Made by a program: the position numbers and the translations under genes | In this document: piece after piece, positions 1-9,929 of the stretch | How the letters are laid out: the number at the start of each line of letters is the position of its first letter | How positions within the stretch are numbered: the first letter of the stretch is position 1 | Assembly (NCBI RefSeq): GCF_018977255.1 | Contig: NW_024704742.1 | Location: forward strand, 78,990,001 to 79,054,000 | Length of the DNA: 64,000 bases | Source of the DNA: Callorhinchus milii | Lineage: Eukaryota | Direction of reading: 5' to 3' | Notes under the pieces: model-generated | Seen by the model: only the letters and a program-made list of their open reading frames with translations | The model's database searches: none | What the model was told of the DNA's origin: nothing

Positions 1-392
1 AGTTCAAGATCCTGGTCCTCACCTTCAAAGCCCTCCATGGTGTTGTTACCCCTACCTCTGCGATCTCCTATTCCTCTACAATCCTGCTCCCTCCCTCCGC
101 TCAGCGGGCTCCGGTCTGCTCCCGTCCCCCCGCATTGCTCGACCCACTATTGGCGGGCAGGCCTTCAGCCGCTCTGCCCCCAACCCTCTGGAACTCCATC
201 CCTCCACCTTGCCCCCTCCCTTCAAGACTCCCTTCTTTGACTGTGCTTTCGATCTCCCTGCTTCCCCCCTTGCCCTCCACCCTCCCCGATCCCAACCCCC
301 AGCTCGGGTCTGAAACTGTCTGTCCAACACCTTGGCACATCCTCCCGACATGAAAGGCACTATACAAGTGTCATTTTGTTGTTGTTGTATAT
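1..392 (+). mobile_element. L2-clade LINE, 3' fragment (end of ORF2 + 3'UTR + (GTT)n tail)
   Basis: FKILVLTFKALHG..P.YL motif, pyrimidine-rich UTR, terminal stem-loop CACCTTGGCACATCC..CATGAAAGGCAC, then TTGTTGTTG. Confidence 0.9.
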
Positions 393-401
393 AACAAGAA
401 T

Positions 402-511
402 CCGAGCCCAAGCTGGTGGTTGCGATCAGGAGGGGTGGAGACGGGGAAGGTAGGGTAGGAGGGTGACCGAAGGCACAGTCGAAGAGGGGGGTCTTGAGAC
501 GGTTCTTGGAA
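402..511 (-). mobile_element. L2 3'UTR fragment
   Basis: Reverse complement resembles the L2 UTR at 220-310 (TCAAGACCCCCCTCTTCGACTGTGCCTTCGG). Confidence 0.75.
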
Positions 512-1049
512 CCATGCTTTTACTGGGGAACCCATCAATCTGCCTGAGTCCCAACCTCAGAAAAGTACCTGCTGCTAATGACCCACCTTCTAAAACTGAC
601 CCTTGAACTGGAAGGTGACTGGGGAAGAGACACTGCCTGGCAACCTAGGATCTAGGCTTAGTTTGGTTACTCCTACCTGTATCATGCCCTAAATGCAGGT
701 TTGTGGAATGGAAAAGTGATGTTCCAATGCATTCAATGTTAGATACCAGCTGACAGAGAAAAAGAGCAGTGATTTAGCAGAGCGCATCCTAGAGGGATCC
801 TTTTTTAAAAAAAAACACCACTCTATTTCTGGTTGGAAATTCCAGCTCAAGAGAAAAAAGATAGAGAATATCCATGAGGCTGGCTACTCATTGGGCAGCA
901 TTTTATTTCCCACATCAATTTCTTGTTTATGGCACTGACTCCATACAGCCACAAAAATTCATAACTTGGAAGATATGTCTGTGCTGGCTCTTTTATGAGC
1001 AATCCTTTCAGTACCATCTATCTGCCCTTTCACCAAACACCTATAGTTT

Positions 1050-1275
1050 AATGCTTTCCAGGATCTAATTTAATTCTTTTTCGAAAGCTCATATGGATTC
1101 TGACTTAACCACCGCTCCCATATCCTAACTATTCGGCATTTATCCTAATCTCACCATTTGCTCCTTGTTATTCATGTTCAATTGATGTCCTCTAGTCACT
1201 GACTCACCAAGCAGTGGAAATAATTTATCTGCATTGACTCAATCAAAACCCCTCAGAATTTAAAGACCTCTATCG
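1050..1275 (-). mobile_element. CR1 LINE 3' fragment, decayed
   Basis: Reverse strand resembles CR1 ORF2 C-terminus (IEVFKILRGFD..LFPL..ES.TRGH), as in the copy at 14100-14340. Confidence 0.7.
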
Positions 1276-1689
1276 GGACAGATCAGTGCTGCGGCATGGT
1301 TCCACTGGTAAAAGACACTACACACCTTGCCTGAGCATCAAAACTTGAATCGGGAATCTACAAGATAAACACTTGATGGTGACACTAAGCACCTAAAATT
1401 CAACAGCATTAAATCTAACTTTAGGGATGGGGAAAAAAAATCCCTCAATAAATAATCAGCTTCACCCTAAGCTGTTATGTTTAAAAGGTCTCTACCCCGG
1501 CGTAATTTGAAGCCTGCAACCTTATCTTGAGGTTGAGATGATAGTTCAATTCTCTCTTGTACTCTTGCCTTGCACTTTGTGAACTCATCAGAATAGTTCA
1601 ATTTGCTTACTGGCCTTTGTTGCATATTGCTTTACTGTCTTAATTGGTCAGGGGACAAACAAGTGGATGTAAAGGCAGAAAAGAGGAGG

Positions 1690-2710
1690 ACTTCTACATG
1701 AAGAACTCTATCCTTTTCAAGGTCCAGGACAATTCATGGGATTCTGTGGCATAAAGAAGGAAAGCCTAAGGTACGTCTATCCAGACAAAGAAAAAAGGAG
1801 GTACGAGATGACGTGGACCTTCAATCTCTCCAAGAGAGATTAAGGCATTTTTTTGGAGAGGCACTGTGAGGTGCTCAACATAGGGAGATAAAGAGGTAAG
1901 GGGTCTGGACATCAGAGTGGGAGATGTGGCTGAAGCTACACTGGAGAAGTAAGGGGAGTGTTGCTCACATCCACTCCTGATTTAACATTCGGAACTTCAA
2001 GGGCACCCTGTCCTATTCTGGATAGCCCTGAGCATGCCTGAGGTGCCAACAGGTGGGGCACTACTTTGCAACCTGCACACATACTGTGTGTTGGAACTGG
2101 AAATGTTTCAGCCACTTGGCAAAAGACTACCCTATGGCCAAAAAGTCCAACTTGTGCGGTGAAATGGGAAAACTTTATAATATTTACCCAAGGAGAAGTG
2201 GACAGAAACCAGTCCTGATAGCAGGCGAGGCAGCAGGAGATGAAGGAAAAGCAAGTTGCAAAAAGAGCTGCAACAGGAAGAGAAGAAACAAGGACAGCAA
2301 CAGGAGGAGAAAAAAGGTTGTGCTGCTCATGAAGGATAATCTGATACCCATGCAGGCAAACGTGGAGTTGTCTTTGGATGATACCTCCTCCGGGAAAGAC
2401 ATGGACTCAAGCGAGAAGAAGAAAGGCAGTGAGGAATAGATGGAGATCACATAGCGCCAACTTCCAAAACCTCCAAGCCAGAACAGTGATGAACAAAGGG
2501 AGTCTGGAAAACAGACAGTGGCAAGTGGTTGGCAAAAGAGCACAGGAAAAAAAAGAAGGAAAAGAAGAAGAGGGTTAAAAACCCCAGAAAGGAGAAGGAG
2601 ACGCAGACCAGGAATAATGAAAGTTTGGGGACGCAAGAGAAAGAAAAAGCAGAAAACCCCCAAAAGCATGAACATTTGGGTGAGGTTTCTGACAGAATCC
2701 CCAACAACAG
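1690..2710 (+). mobile_element. Decayed Tx1/L1-type ORF1 (ZCCHC3-like, three CCHC zinc knuckles) with K/R/E-rich tail
   Basis: Manual translation through stops: GVWTSEWEMWLKL...AHIHS*FNIRNFKGTLSYSG*P*ACLRCQQVGHYFATCTHTVCWNWKCFSHLAKDYPMAKKSNLCGEMGKLYNIYP; several stops and lost Cys/His. Confidence 0.75.
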
Positions 2711-2742
2711 TGAGACTATGTTTTGAATTTACAAACATTACA

Positions 2743-2756
2743 TGGTGTCAGAAGTG
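2743..2756 (+). promoter_or_regulatory. Primer binding site complementary to tRNA-Leu 3' end
   Basis: TGGTGTCAGAAGTG directly after the LTR-terminal ...ACA. Confidence 0.85.
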
Positions 2757-3223
2757 AAAACGGAACCTGGAGTGAAACGGACTACGAGATTGAATACGCA
2801 TTGAAAAGCAAAAGGCTGGGAGAAGCAGAATTGAATGCCGCACCAAAGTATGTGCAGATACCAGGACAACTGAAGTTGGTTGGAAGTTTAAGGCACAATT
2901 GGCAACGGTTTGAAAGAGATTTTCTGGATTAGCAGCAAACAAAATGAAATTGCGGCAGGAATAGCAGTCTGCGATATTTTTGATTGTGGCAGGCGAGGAA
3001 GCAAGAGAATATAAAGAGAGGTGAACGTGCCAGTGAATGAGATGATGAATATTATGATGGAAAGATGCTGTGGAAAAAAATTATGTAATAATTGACCAAT
3101 TTAAATTTGGAACAAGAAAGCAGGGACCCACAGAATCATTCAATCAGTACTGTGTGGAACTGAGATCCCTAAGTGAAAGTTGCAATTATGGAACATTAAG
3201 AGAGGAAATGATACGGAACCAGA

Positions 3224-3283
3224 TTGGGACGTCCTCCTGACGTGAAAGGCACTCAATAAATGGAATCTTGTTGTTGTTGTTGT
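3224..3283 (+). mobile_element. L2 tail-only insertion inside Gypsy gag
   Basis: TTGGGACGTCCTCCTGACGTGAAAGGCAC..(GTT)n splits gag IRNQI|VVGIK. Confidence 0.8.
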
Positions 3284-3348
3284 AGTTGGCATAAAAATTG
3301 TAGATTAAGTGGAGAGCTTTTAAAAAAAGGGGATCTTACGTTAGAATC

Positions 3349-3824
3349 GGCAATGGAGATAATAAGATAATTAAAGAGATAATTAAAGAGGTGGCAAAAA
3401 TAAATATGAGAGACATGGAGAGAGAAACAGAAATGGAAATAGATGAATGAGCCAACAGACAAAGTTGGAATGATACAGATGAAGAGTGTGGAGGACAGAG
3501 AATATACAGGCCAAGAGAGAAGCTAAACAGAATGGACAAAGGTGTCAAATGCAGAATAGAACATCCTATGAGGCGTGTCCCGCAAAAGGAAAAGAATGCT
3601 ATTAATGCAAAAGATATGTGAATTATGCAGGAATAGACAACAAGAAAATGTAGAGATACAGCAGATATAAAGCCCAGGAGAAAAGTCAAACAGAAAGAAG
3701 AGAGTACAAGAGGCAATGGAGATAATAAGGTTTAAAGAGGTTTCAGAAATAAATATGAGAGACATGGAGAGAGAAACAGAAATGGAAATAGATGAACGAG
3801 CCAACAGACAAAGTTGGAATGATA
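3349..3824 (+). repeat. ~115-125 bp direct repeat within Gypsy gag (3349-3475 and 3712-3824)
   Basis: Both copies carry AAATAAATATGAGAGACATGGAGAGAGAAACAGAAATGGAAATAGATGAA(T/C)GAGCCAACAGACAAAGTTGGAATGATA. Confidence 0.9.
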
Positions 3825-4264
3825 AGTAACCTGAGGAGAAACAGAATTGGGCAAATTAGCTCAAGGGAATATGAAAGGAGAGACAGCTCAGATGTAGAAT
3901 TCAGAGAAAGTGCACAAGAGGAGCACAACACTGAAGCAGTGGAAATCATAAAGAAAGTAAACACAAAAGAAAAAAAGAATGGATGGTATATCTATGGTTT
4001 AAAAAACGTAAGGAATGTCATTCAGTACAAATTTGATACAGGAGCACAGGCCAGTGTAATGACATGGAAAGAATATATAAAATTGGGAGAACCAAATAAG
4101 GAAAACATGGAGAAAGGGAAAGGTAAACTAATGGCATGTAACAAAGCAAAAAATTGAAACAGTGGCAGAATAGAGATAGAAGTGATCTACAAAGGGGATC
4201 TACAAAGTAAAAATAAAAGCTGAGTACTTTATTAGGACTGGAACATATAATAAAAATGGGAATG

Positions 4265-4632
4265 ACATCCCCTCTATCTGTGATCAGGGCTCCTTCTGCC
4301 TCCTTGTCCTTCTGGACCTTTCCGCTGTGTTAGACACAGTCGATCATGCCATCCTCCTCCACTGCCTTTCCTCCGTCATCCACCTCAGTGGGACCGCACT
4401 TGCCTGGTTCGAGTCCCACCTCACGAGCCGCCAGCAGTACATCTCATTCCCTTTGCCTCGCCCCGTCTCTTCCTATTTTCAGTTCTCGGCTGAAGACCTT
4501 TCTTTTCGACTGCGCCTTTGGTCACCTTCACCCCACCTCCCCCTGGCTCTGCCCCGGGATCCATTACTATGAAGCGCTCTGAGACGCCGTCTGGCGCGGA
4601 GGGCGCTATATAAATCCAAGTTGTTGTTGTTG
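4265..4632 (+). mobile_element. L2 insertion in Gypsy: RT fragment joined to 3'UTR/tail
   Basis: LVLLDLSAVLDTVDHAILL RT motif; UTR close to 56461-56665; (GTT)n tail. Confidence 0.85.
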
Positions 4633-5226
4633 AATGTTGAAAAGAATTGGGAATGTGAAAATGTAGGAAAGTGAACCAAGGGAAAAGGAAGAAATAGTAG
4701 GAAAATATAAATAGGCATTCGGAAACAAAAGATTAATGAAAGAAGATTACACAATAAGATTAGAAGATACAGTATCACCAATAATTCAGCCATTAAGCAG
4801 AATACCAGAGGCAATGAAAAAAGGCTGAAAATAAAATTGAGACCACGGGTTCAAAGAAAAAGTAACTGGAAGAAACAAGGACAAGAGCCACAGAAGAAAA
4901 AATCTTTCAAAAATGGAGAAGCCATATGGTTTTGGAGGAAAATCTTAAAAATAGAAGGATGGATAAAAGGAAAAATTTGGGTGAAAGATAAGAACACCCA
5001 GATCATATTCGGTAAAGGATGGCAAAGGAAAGATATGTAGGCGAACATCATGGGAGATCAAATAAAGAACAATAAACAAAATACAGGAGGAAAAGGAAAA
5101 GCAGAAGGAAGATCAAGCAGTGGCAGAAACGATAAGAACAACCAGATGCGGAACAGAAATAAAAAGACCACAAAGAATGGTAGAACAAGATTGAAAAAAA
5201 AAGAGAAGAAACTAAAAGAAGGAAGA

Positions 5227-5428
5227 TGTTGGATATTGCTGTAATGACAGCAATAATAATAATTATTAATAATTGTAATAATAATTGGTAATTGGACATT
5301 GACAATGAGAAACAAGCAAGCATGAAAGGATTCTGGGAAAGTGACTGGGCAGATTGTGGAAGAGAGTGTAAGATTTAAATAAATAAACTAATGAATCTAA
5401 ACTGTATTTGGGATTTACAAATATTACA
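5227..5428 (+). mobile_element. Gypsy 3' LTR (~200 bp) preceded by polypurine tract
   Basis: AAAAGAAGGAAGA|TGTTGG...AATAAA...ATTTACAAATATTACA; end matches the 5' LTR stub at 2713-2742. Confidence 0.75.
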
Positions 5429-5749
5429 GCCTTGCAATTACTCTTACCTAAGTAATATTCAGCACACATTTGTATTTTATTGAAAAAAACTTCAACTTTA
5501 CCCTTCAAAGGACGACTGCATATTTTTCTGCATGAAATTTGCTTTTGCTGCACCTTATTTTTCCTTTCCATTGCCATCAAGGATCCATTATTTGAGCAGC
5601 AATTTATTTAACAAAGCAGCCTAAGCCCTACACATAACAAGCTTGTTCTTGCTGCCTTTATAATGGGGCTTATAAGGCTTTGCCAAAACATATCATGCAT
5701 TCTGTCAATCAACCTATGTTAGACTATAGCTTAAGGTTTTACTCAATAA

Positions 5750-6035
5750 TAGTAATAATAAGCTTCCATTTGATATACTGTATTGTCATTCACATCAGGA
5801 TGCTACCTCAATGTGCTTCAGCAGATGTACTCTAAGGTGTAGTGACTGTGTATTTTACAGCAAACTTAGCATCCAATTTTTGTTCAGCAATATTGCATAA
5901 AAATCCATGAGGTGAATGAATTGTTTTATTTGAGGGATCGTTGGTCAGGACACTGGGAAAATCATCTCATCCAAAGGACAGGAGCTCCATTAATGAAGCA
6001 CCCTCTCAGCACTTCATTATTGGACAGTGAGTTCA
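5750..6035 (-). mobile_element. Deu-type SINE, heavily decayed
   Basis: Resembles 6170-6570 (TTGGTCAGGACAC, CATCTCATCCAAAGGAC). Confidence 0.6.
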
Positions 6036-6169
6036 AGCTTTTTTAAAAAAAAATCCCCTTTTATATCTATAGCTTAATGTCATGTATATTAGTTATTAAA
6101 GTTTTCAGAGAATTTTGATAAGCACCTGAATCAGAATTCCTTCCCTAACCCAGCAATGATTTAACTTCT

Positions 6170-6570
6170 AATAATAATAATCCTTGCATCATTAGAAGGA
6201 AATCTCAAAGTGCTTCACATGACATACTGTAAAATGTAATGATTGTATTTGCAGGTGAACACAGCAGCCCATTTGCAAATAGCCATGAAACAATCTCTGG
6301 GAGATTATTGACCAGGACACCAGGAGAAACTCTCTTCTCTTTTTGAATAGTGCCATGGGATCTTTGAAACCCATGTGCATAGGCAGTCAGGGCCAAGGTT
6401 TAACACCTCACCCAAAGCGCACTTTCAAAAAAGCAAGACACCCCAGGTACTGCTTTGGAGTGTCAGCCTAGCCCTTAGAGTAATATGAGTTCCAAGACAT
6501 GACATGGGGCTTGAACCACAACCCTCTGACTCAGAGACAAGAGTGCTACCAACTGAGCCAGTCTGACACA
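6170..6570 (-). mobile_element. tRNA-derived DeuSINE (SacSINE1-like), near full length
   Basis: Head GTGTCAGACTGGCTCAGTTGGTAGCAC..GGTTCAAGCCCC; Deu core AAAGATCCCATGGCACTATTC..GGTGTCCTGG; (ATT)n tail. Confidence 0.8.
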
Positions 6571-6680
6571 GTTCTCAAAGGATTGAAAACAGTTAACCAG
6601 AAAAGCCACTTTGTACTTCTAACTCGGTCAAAGATACATATTTACTTTGTTTGTGTTTCTGTTTGTGCTTTGGAAGAAAC

Positions 6681-6995
6681 GGAGTTCTGTAGCTCAGTGG
6701 TTAGAGCACTCGCTTTGCAAGCGAGAGACCTGAGTTCAATTCCAGACAGGGCGAAACCTTGGGCAAGTTTCCTTACTCCACACGCCTAATAATAATCCCT
6801 CCAAAAAAACAAAACAATAATAAATTGGTCATTTTCAATCCACGACTGTTTGTGGGACATTGCTGTGCGCAATTGGCTGCCGCGTTCGCCCACAAATATA
6901 CAGTCAATTCACTTTACAGTATATTCTGTGAAGCGCTTTGGGACGTCCAGAAGACGTGAAAAGCGCTATATCAAATGCAAGGATTATTATTATTA
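6681..6995 (+). mobile_element. Young tRNA-derived SINE, short form
   Basis: A box TAGCTCAGTGG, B box GAGTTCAATTCC, L2-like stem-loop tail, ends TCAAATGCAAGG(ATT)n. Confidence 0.9.
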
Positions 6996-7493
6996 AACTG
7001 GATCAAATCCTCAAATAACAGAAAAAATCACTGGGCTTGCCTTTTCAAGTGTGCAGAAAGACTTGATGCATTGATTCTTTTTTCTAAAGTGTGCTCCCTT
7101 ATTGAAAACAGTTTGAGCACCAAATAAGCGTACAAATTGCCAGCAGAATAGATTCTTATCCCCTACTGTTTTAAGCTATTCAAATATAATATATTTTTGT
7201 GTGTGCTCTCTCCTACATTATATCCTTGGCATGCAGATAATTGAGAAATTTTTAGTATCTAGTGTGCTCTCTAAGTACTGTATAACTGCTGTTGTTCCTC
7301 CAAGTATCATAATCATGTAAACTAAAGCTCCAGCTTATCAAAAAAATTGGTCACTCACTCCATGGCTGTTTATGGGACATTGCAGTGCACAACTAGTTGC
7401 TGCATTTCACCCACAAAATACACAGTCAAACCACTCTACAGTATATCCTGTGAAGCGTTTTGAGACATCTCAATGATGTGATAAGGCACTTTA

Positions 7494-8308
7494 GCACCTG
7501 CACCTCAGGCTCTGGCAGCATCAACCTCCATGGTTGCGCACTACAACTCACCAAGCCAGTCAGGAACCTAGGGGTCTTGTTCGACCCTCAAATGTTTTTT
7601 CTTCCCCACATCCAAGCCATGACCTGCTCTGCCTTCCCTCACCTCCGTAACAGCGCCCAACTCCACCACTACCTCACTCCTCAGGCCGCTGAAACTCTTG
7701 TTCGTGCTTTCATCACCTCCAAGCTCAACTATACAAACTGTTTATACAAAAGGCTTGTCGGCCTTCCAAACTCCTCCCTCCACAGGCTGCAGATAATCCA
7801 GAACTCTGCAGCCCGTGTCCTCTCCTGCACCAAACTCCGTGACCCCATCTCCCCCACCCTCGCCCAACTCCATTGGCTCCCTATCCTTCAGAGGATCCAA
7901 TTCAAGATCCTGGTTCTCACCTACAAAGTCCTCCACGGCCTCACCCCACCCTACCTCTGCGACCTCCTAACTTCCTACCAACCCATCCGTTTCCTCCGCT
8001 CAGCCGGTTCTGGTCTGCTCCACGTCCCCCGACCCACCTGCCCCACTATTGACGGGAGAGCTTTCAGCCACTTCTGCTCCCAACCTCTGGAATTCCATCC
8101 CCCAGTCACTCCGCCTCGGCCCCTCCTTAGCCTCCTTCAAGTCCCACCTCAAGACCCTCCTCTTCGACCGTGCCATCAGCCACCCCCTTTACCCTCCCTT
8201 CTTCCCTAAGATCCCAACTCGGGTCTGAATCGCTGTACACTGTCCAGCGCCTTGGGACATCCTCCCGATGTGAAAGGTGCTGTACAAGTATAATCTTGAT
8301 GTTGTTGT
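7494..8308 (+). mobile_element. L2 LINE 3' portion (RT C-terminus) inserted in a SINE tail (7340-7490 / 8309-8336)
   Basis: ORF 7460..8209: VRNLGVLFD, AETLVRAFITSKLNY, LQIIQNSAARVL, LHWLPI..RIQFKIL. Confidence 0.9.
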
Positions 8309-8804
8309 TATCAAATGCAAGGATTATTATTATTATCTACCAAGTTGTTTTCCACTCACCCAGGTGTTTGTCACATGCGGAAACCCATTGTTATACCTAA
8401 CAATATGCAAATCAGACTGAAAGTTTCACATATTCATTTCATCTACACATGAAATTTCCAATTTGTCCAAACTGGTTTGCACACTCTCTCTCCAGAGGAA
8501 AGCGTCAATCTGACCAAATTCCCGAAAGTATTGGATACAGGTTGGCAAGATCTGTGGGACTATTTGAAAAGATTAGGGAGTTTTTCCTGGTGTGCTTGCC
8601 AACAATTCTCCAGATAAAATTGGTTAATCATTTCATGGTTATTTGTGGAACATTGTTATACACATTGGTTACTACGGTTGTCTACAAATACGTATGGTCA
8701 CTACATTATGTACTAAAGCAAATGTAAGGATTATTATTATCAGTATCGTATTGCTGACAGTAGTGTTTGGCAAGCTTCTTGTCCAGCTGGGACCTCCTAC
8801 TCAT

Positions 8805-9162
8805 GCAGTTCTGTAGCTCAGTTGTTAGAGCACTCGCCTCAAAGTGAGAGACCTAGGTTCGATTTCCGGCAGGACGAAACGCTGGGCACGTTTCCTTACT
8901 CCACACACCTCTGTTTATTTACCAGTAAGTAGGAACCTAGTTGTTAGTCGATTGGTGGATCACTTTTCCAGGGGTAATAATTCCTTACAAAAAATTGGTC
9001 ACTCAATCCATGACTGTTTGTGGGACGCTGCTGTGTGCAATTGGCATTTCACCCACAAAATATACAGTCAATTCACATTACAGTGTATTCTGTGATGCGC
9101 TTTAAGATGTCTCAAAGATGTGATAAGGTGCTATGTTAAATACAAAGATTATTACTATTATT
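8805..9162 (+). mobile_element. tRNA-derived SINE, long form
   Basis: Same head and tail as 6681-6995 plus central CCTCTGTTTA..CAGTAAGTAGGAACC..GTTAGTCGATTGGTGGATC block. Confidence 0.85.
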
Positions 9163-9929
9163 AGACCTTTGGATTGCCAGGTTAGCAAGATCCAAGTTGG
9201 AAAAAATCTGCCCCTCAGTGATGAGACTGCCCTTCAGGTTCCATTGTCAATCCAAGCTGGCAAGTCTGTCATCAAAAGGGTTTTGGAGTATGGTGGACCC
9301 ATTTGGCTCAGGAACTGGATTACTCAGCCTCTCACAAAGGATTAATAATAATGCTTGCATTTGGTACATTGTCTTTAACTTTGCGGGAGGACTTCTCAAA
9401 AAGTTAAAAGCGCTATACCAAATGCAGGTACAGAATTTACTGTAAAGTGAAGAGACTGTGGTATCACATGGTTCAGCATTCATGAAAAAGTATCATTTAA
9501 CAATTCTTTGTTTAGAACTTCTAAAAAATAATTAGTTCTTTGTGCAGATATGTACCATCCTAAGTGCAGACACTGCTCCACCCATACTTAATAATACTGT
9601 AAATCTACAAATTGTGGGTGTATGTGGCAATGTAAAAGAGACATATTTCCTATAATCATCAACAATTAATAAAACTATTCAAAAATGGCTTGGCAACATA
9701 CCTGGTGAACAAAATATCAAAATAATAATAATAATATAGTAATAATATCAAGAAACAACTTCACAATAATCTGGAATTCACAAGTACATACAGAAGGACA
9801 ATCAGCTGTAACAGACTAAGTATTATCATAAATAGATTGCACATGTAGTATTATTGATGTGGCTTACCCAAGTGATTATAATCTGAAAAATAAAGAACTA
9901 GAGAAAATCAGGATATATCGATCTACACA

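Larger units (their letters stand above)
2713..5428 (+). mobile_element. Internally deleted, decayed Ty3/Gypsy LTR retrotransposon
   Basis: 5' LTR stub ending TTTACAAACATTACA; PBS; gag motifs (GSLRHNWQRF, AIFLIVAGEEAREY, RKQGPTESFNQYCVELRSLSESCNYG..EEMIRNQI, CPAKGKEC); protease KFDTGAQASV (~4029-4058); PPT; 3' LTR. Confidence 0.85.

Noticed and set aside
2184..2738. 184-aa hydrophobic minus-strand ORF resembling a membrane protein
   Set aside because: Antisense of A/G-rich low-complexity transposon sequence; likewise 3336..3716
6681..6755. tRNA-Ala-like sequence with A/B boxes
   Set aside because: It is a SINE head, always followed by SINE body and tail, with no proper acceptor stem
7460..8209. 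Longest ORF (249 aa) as a host gene
   Set aside because: Chimera of a SINE tail and L2 RT C-terminus; the same applies to 37254..37946
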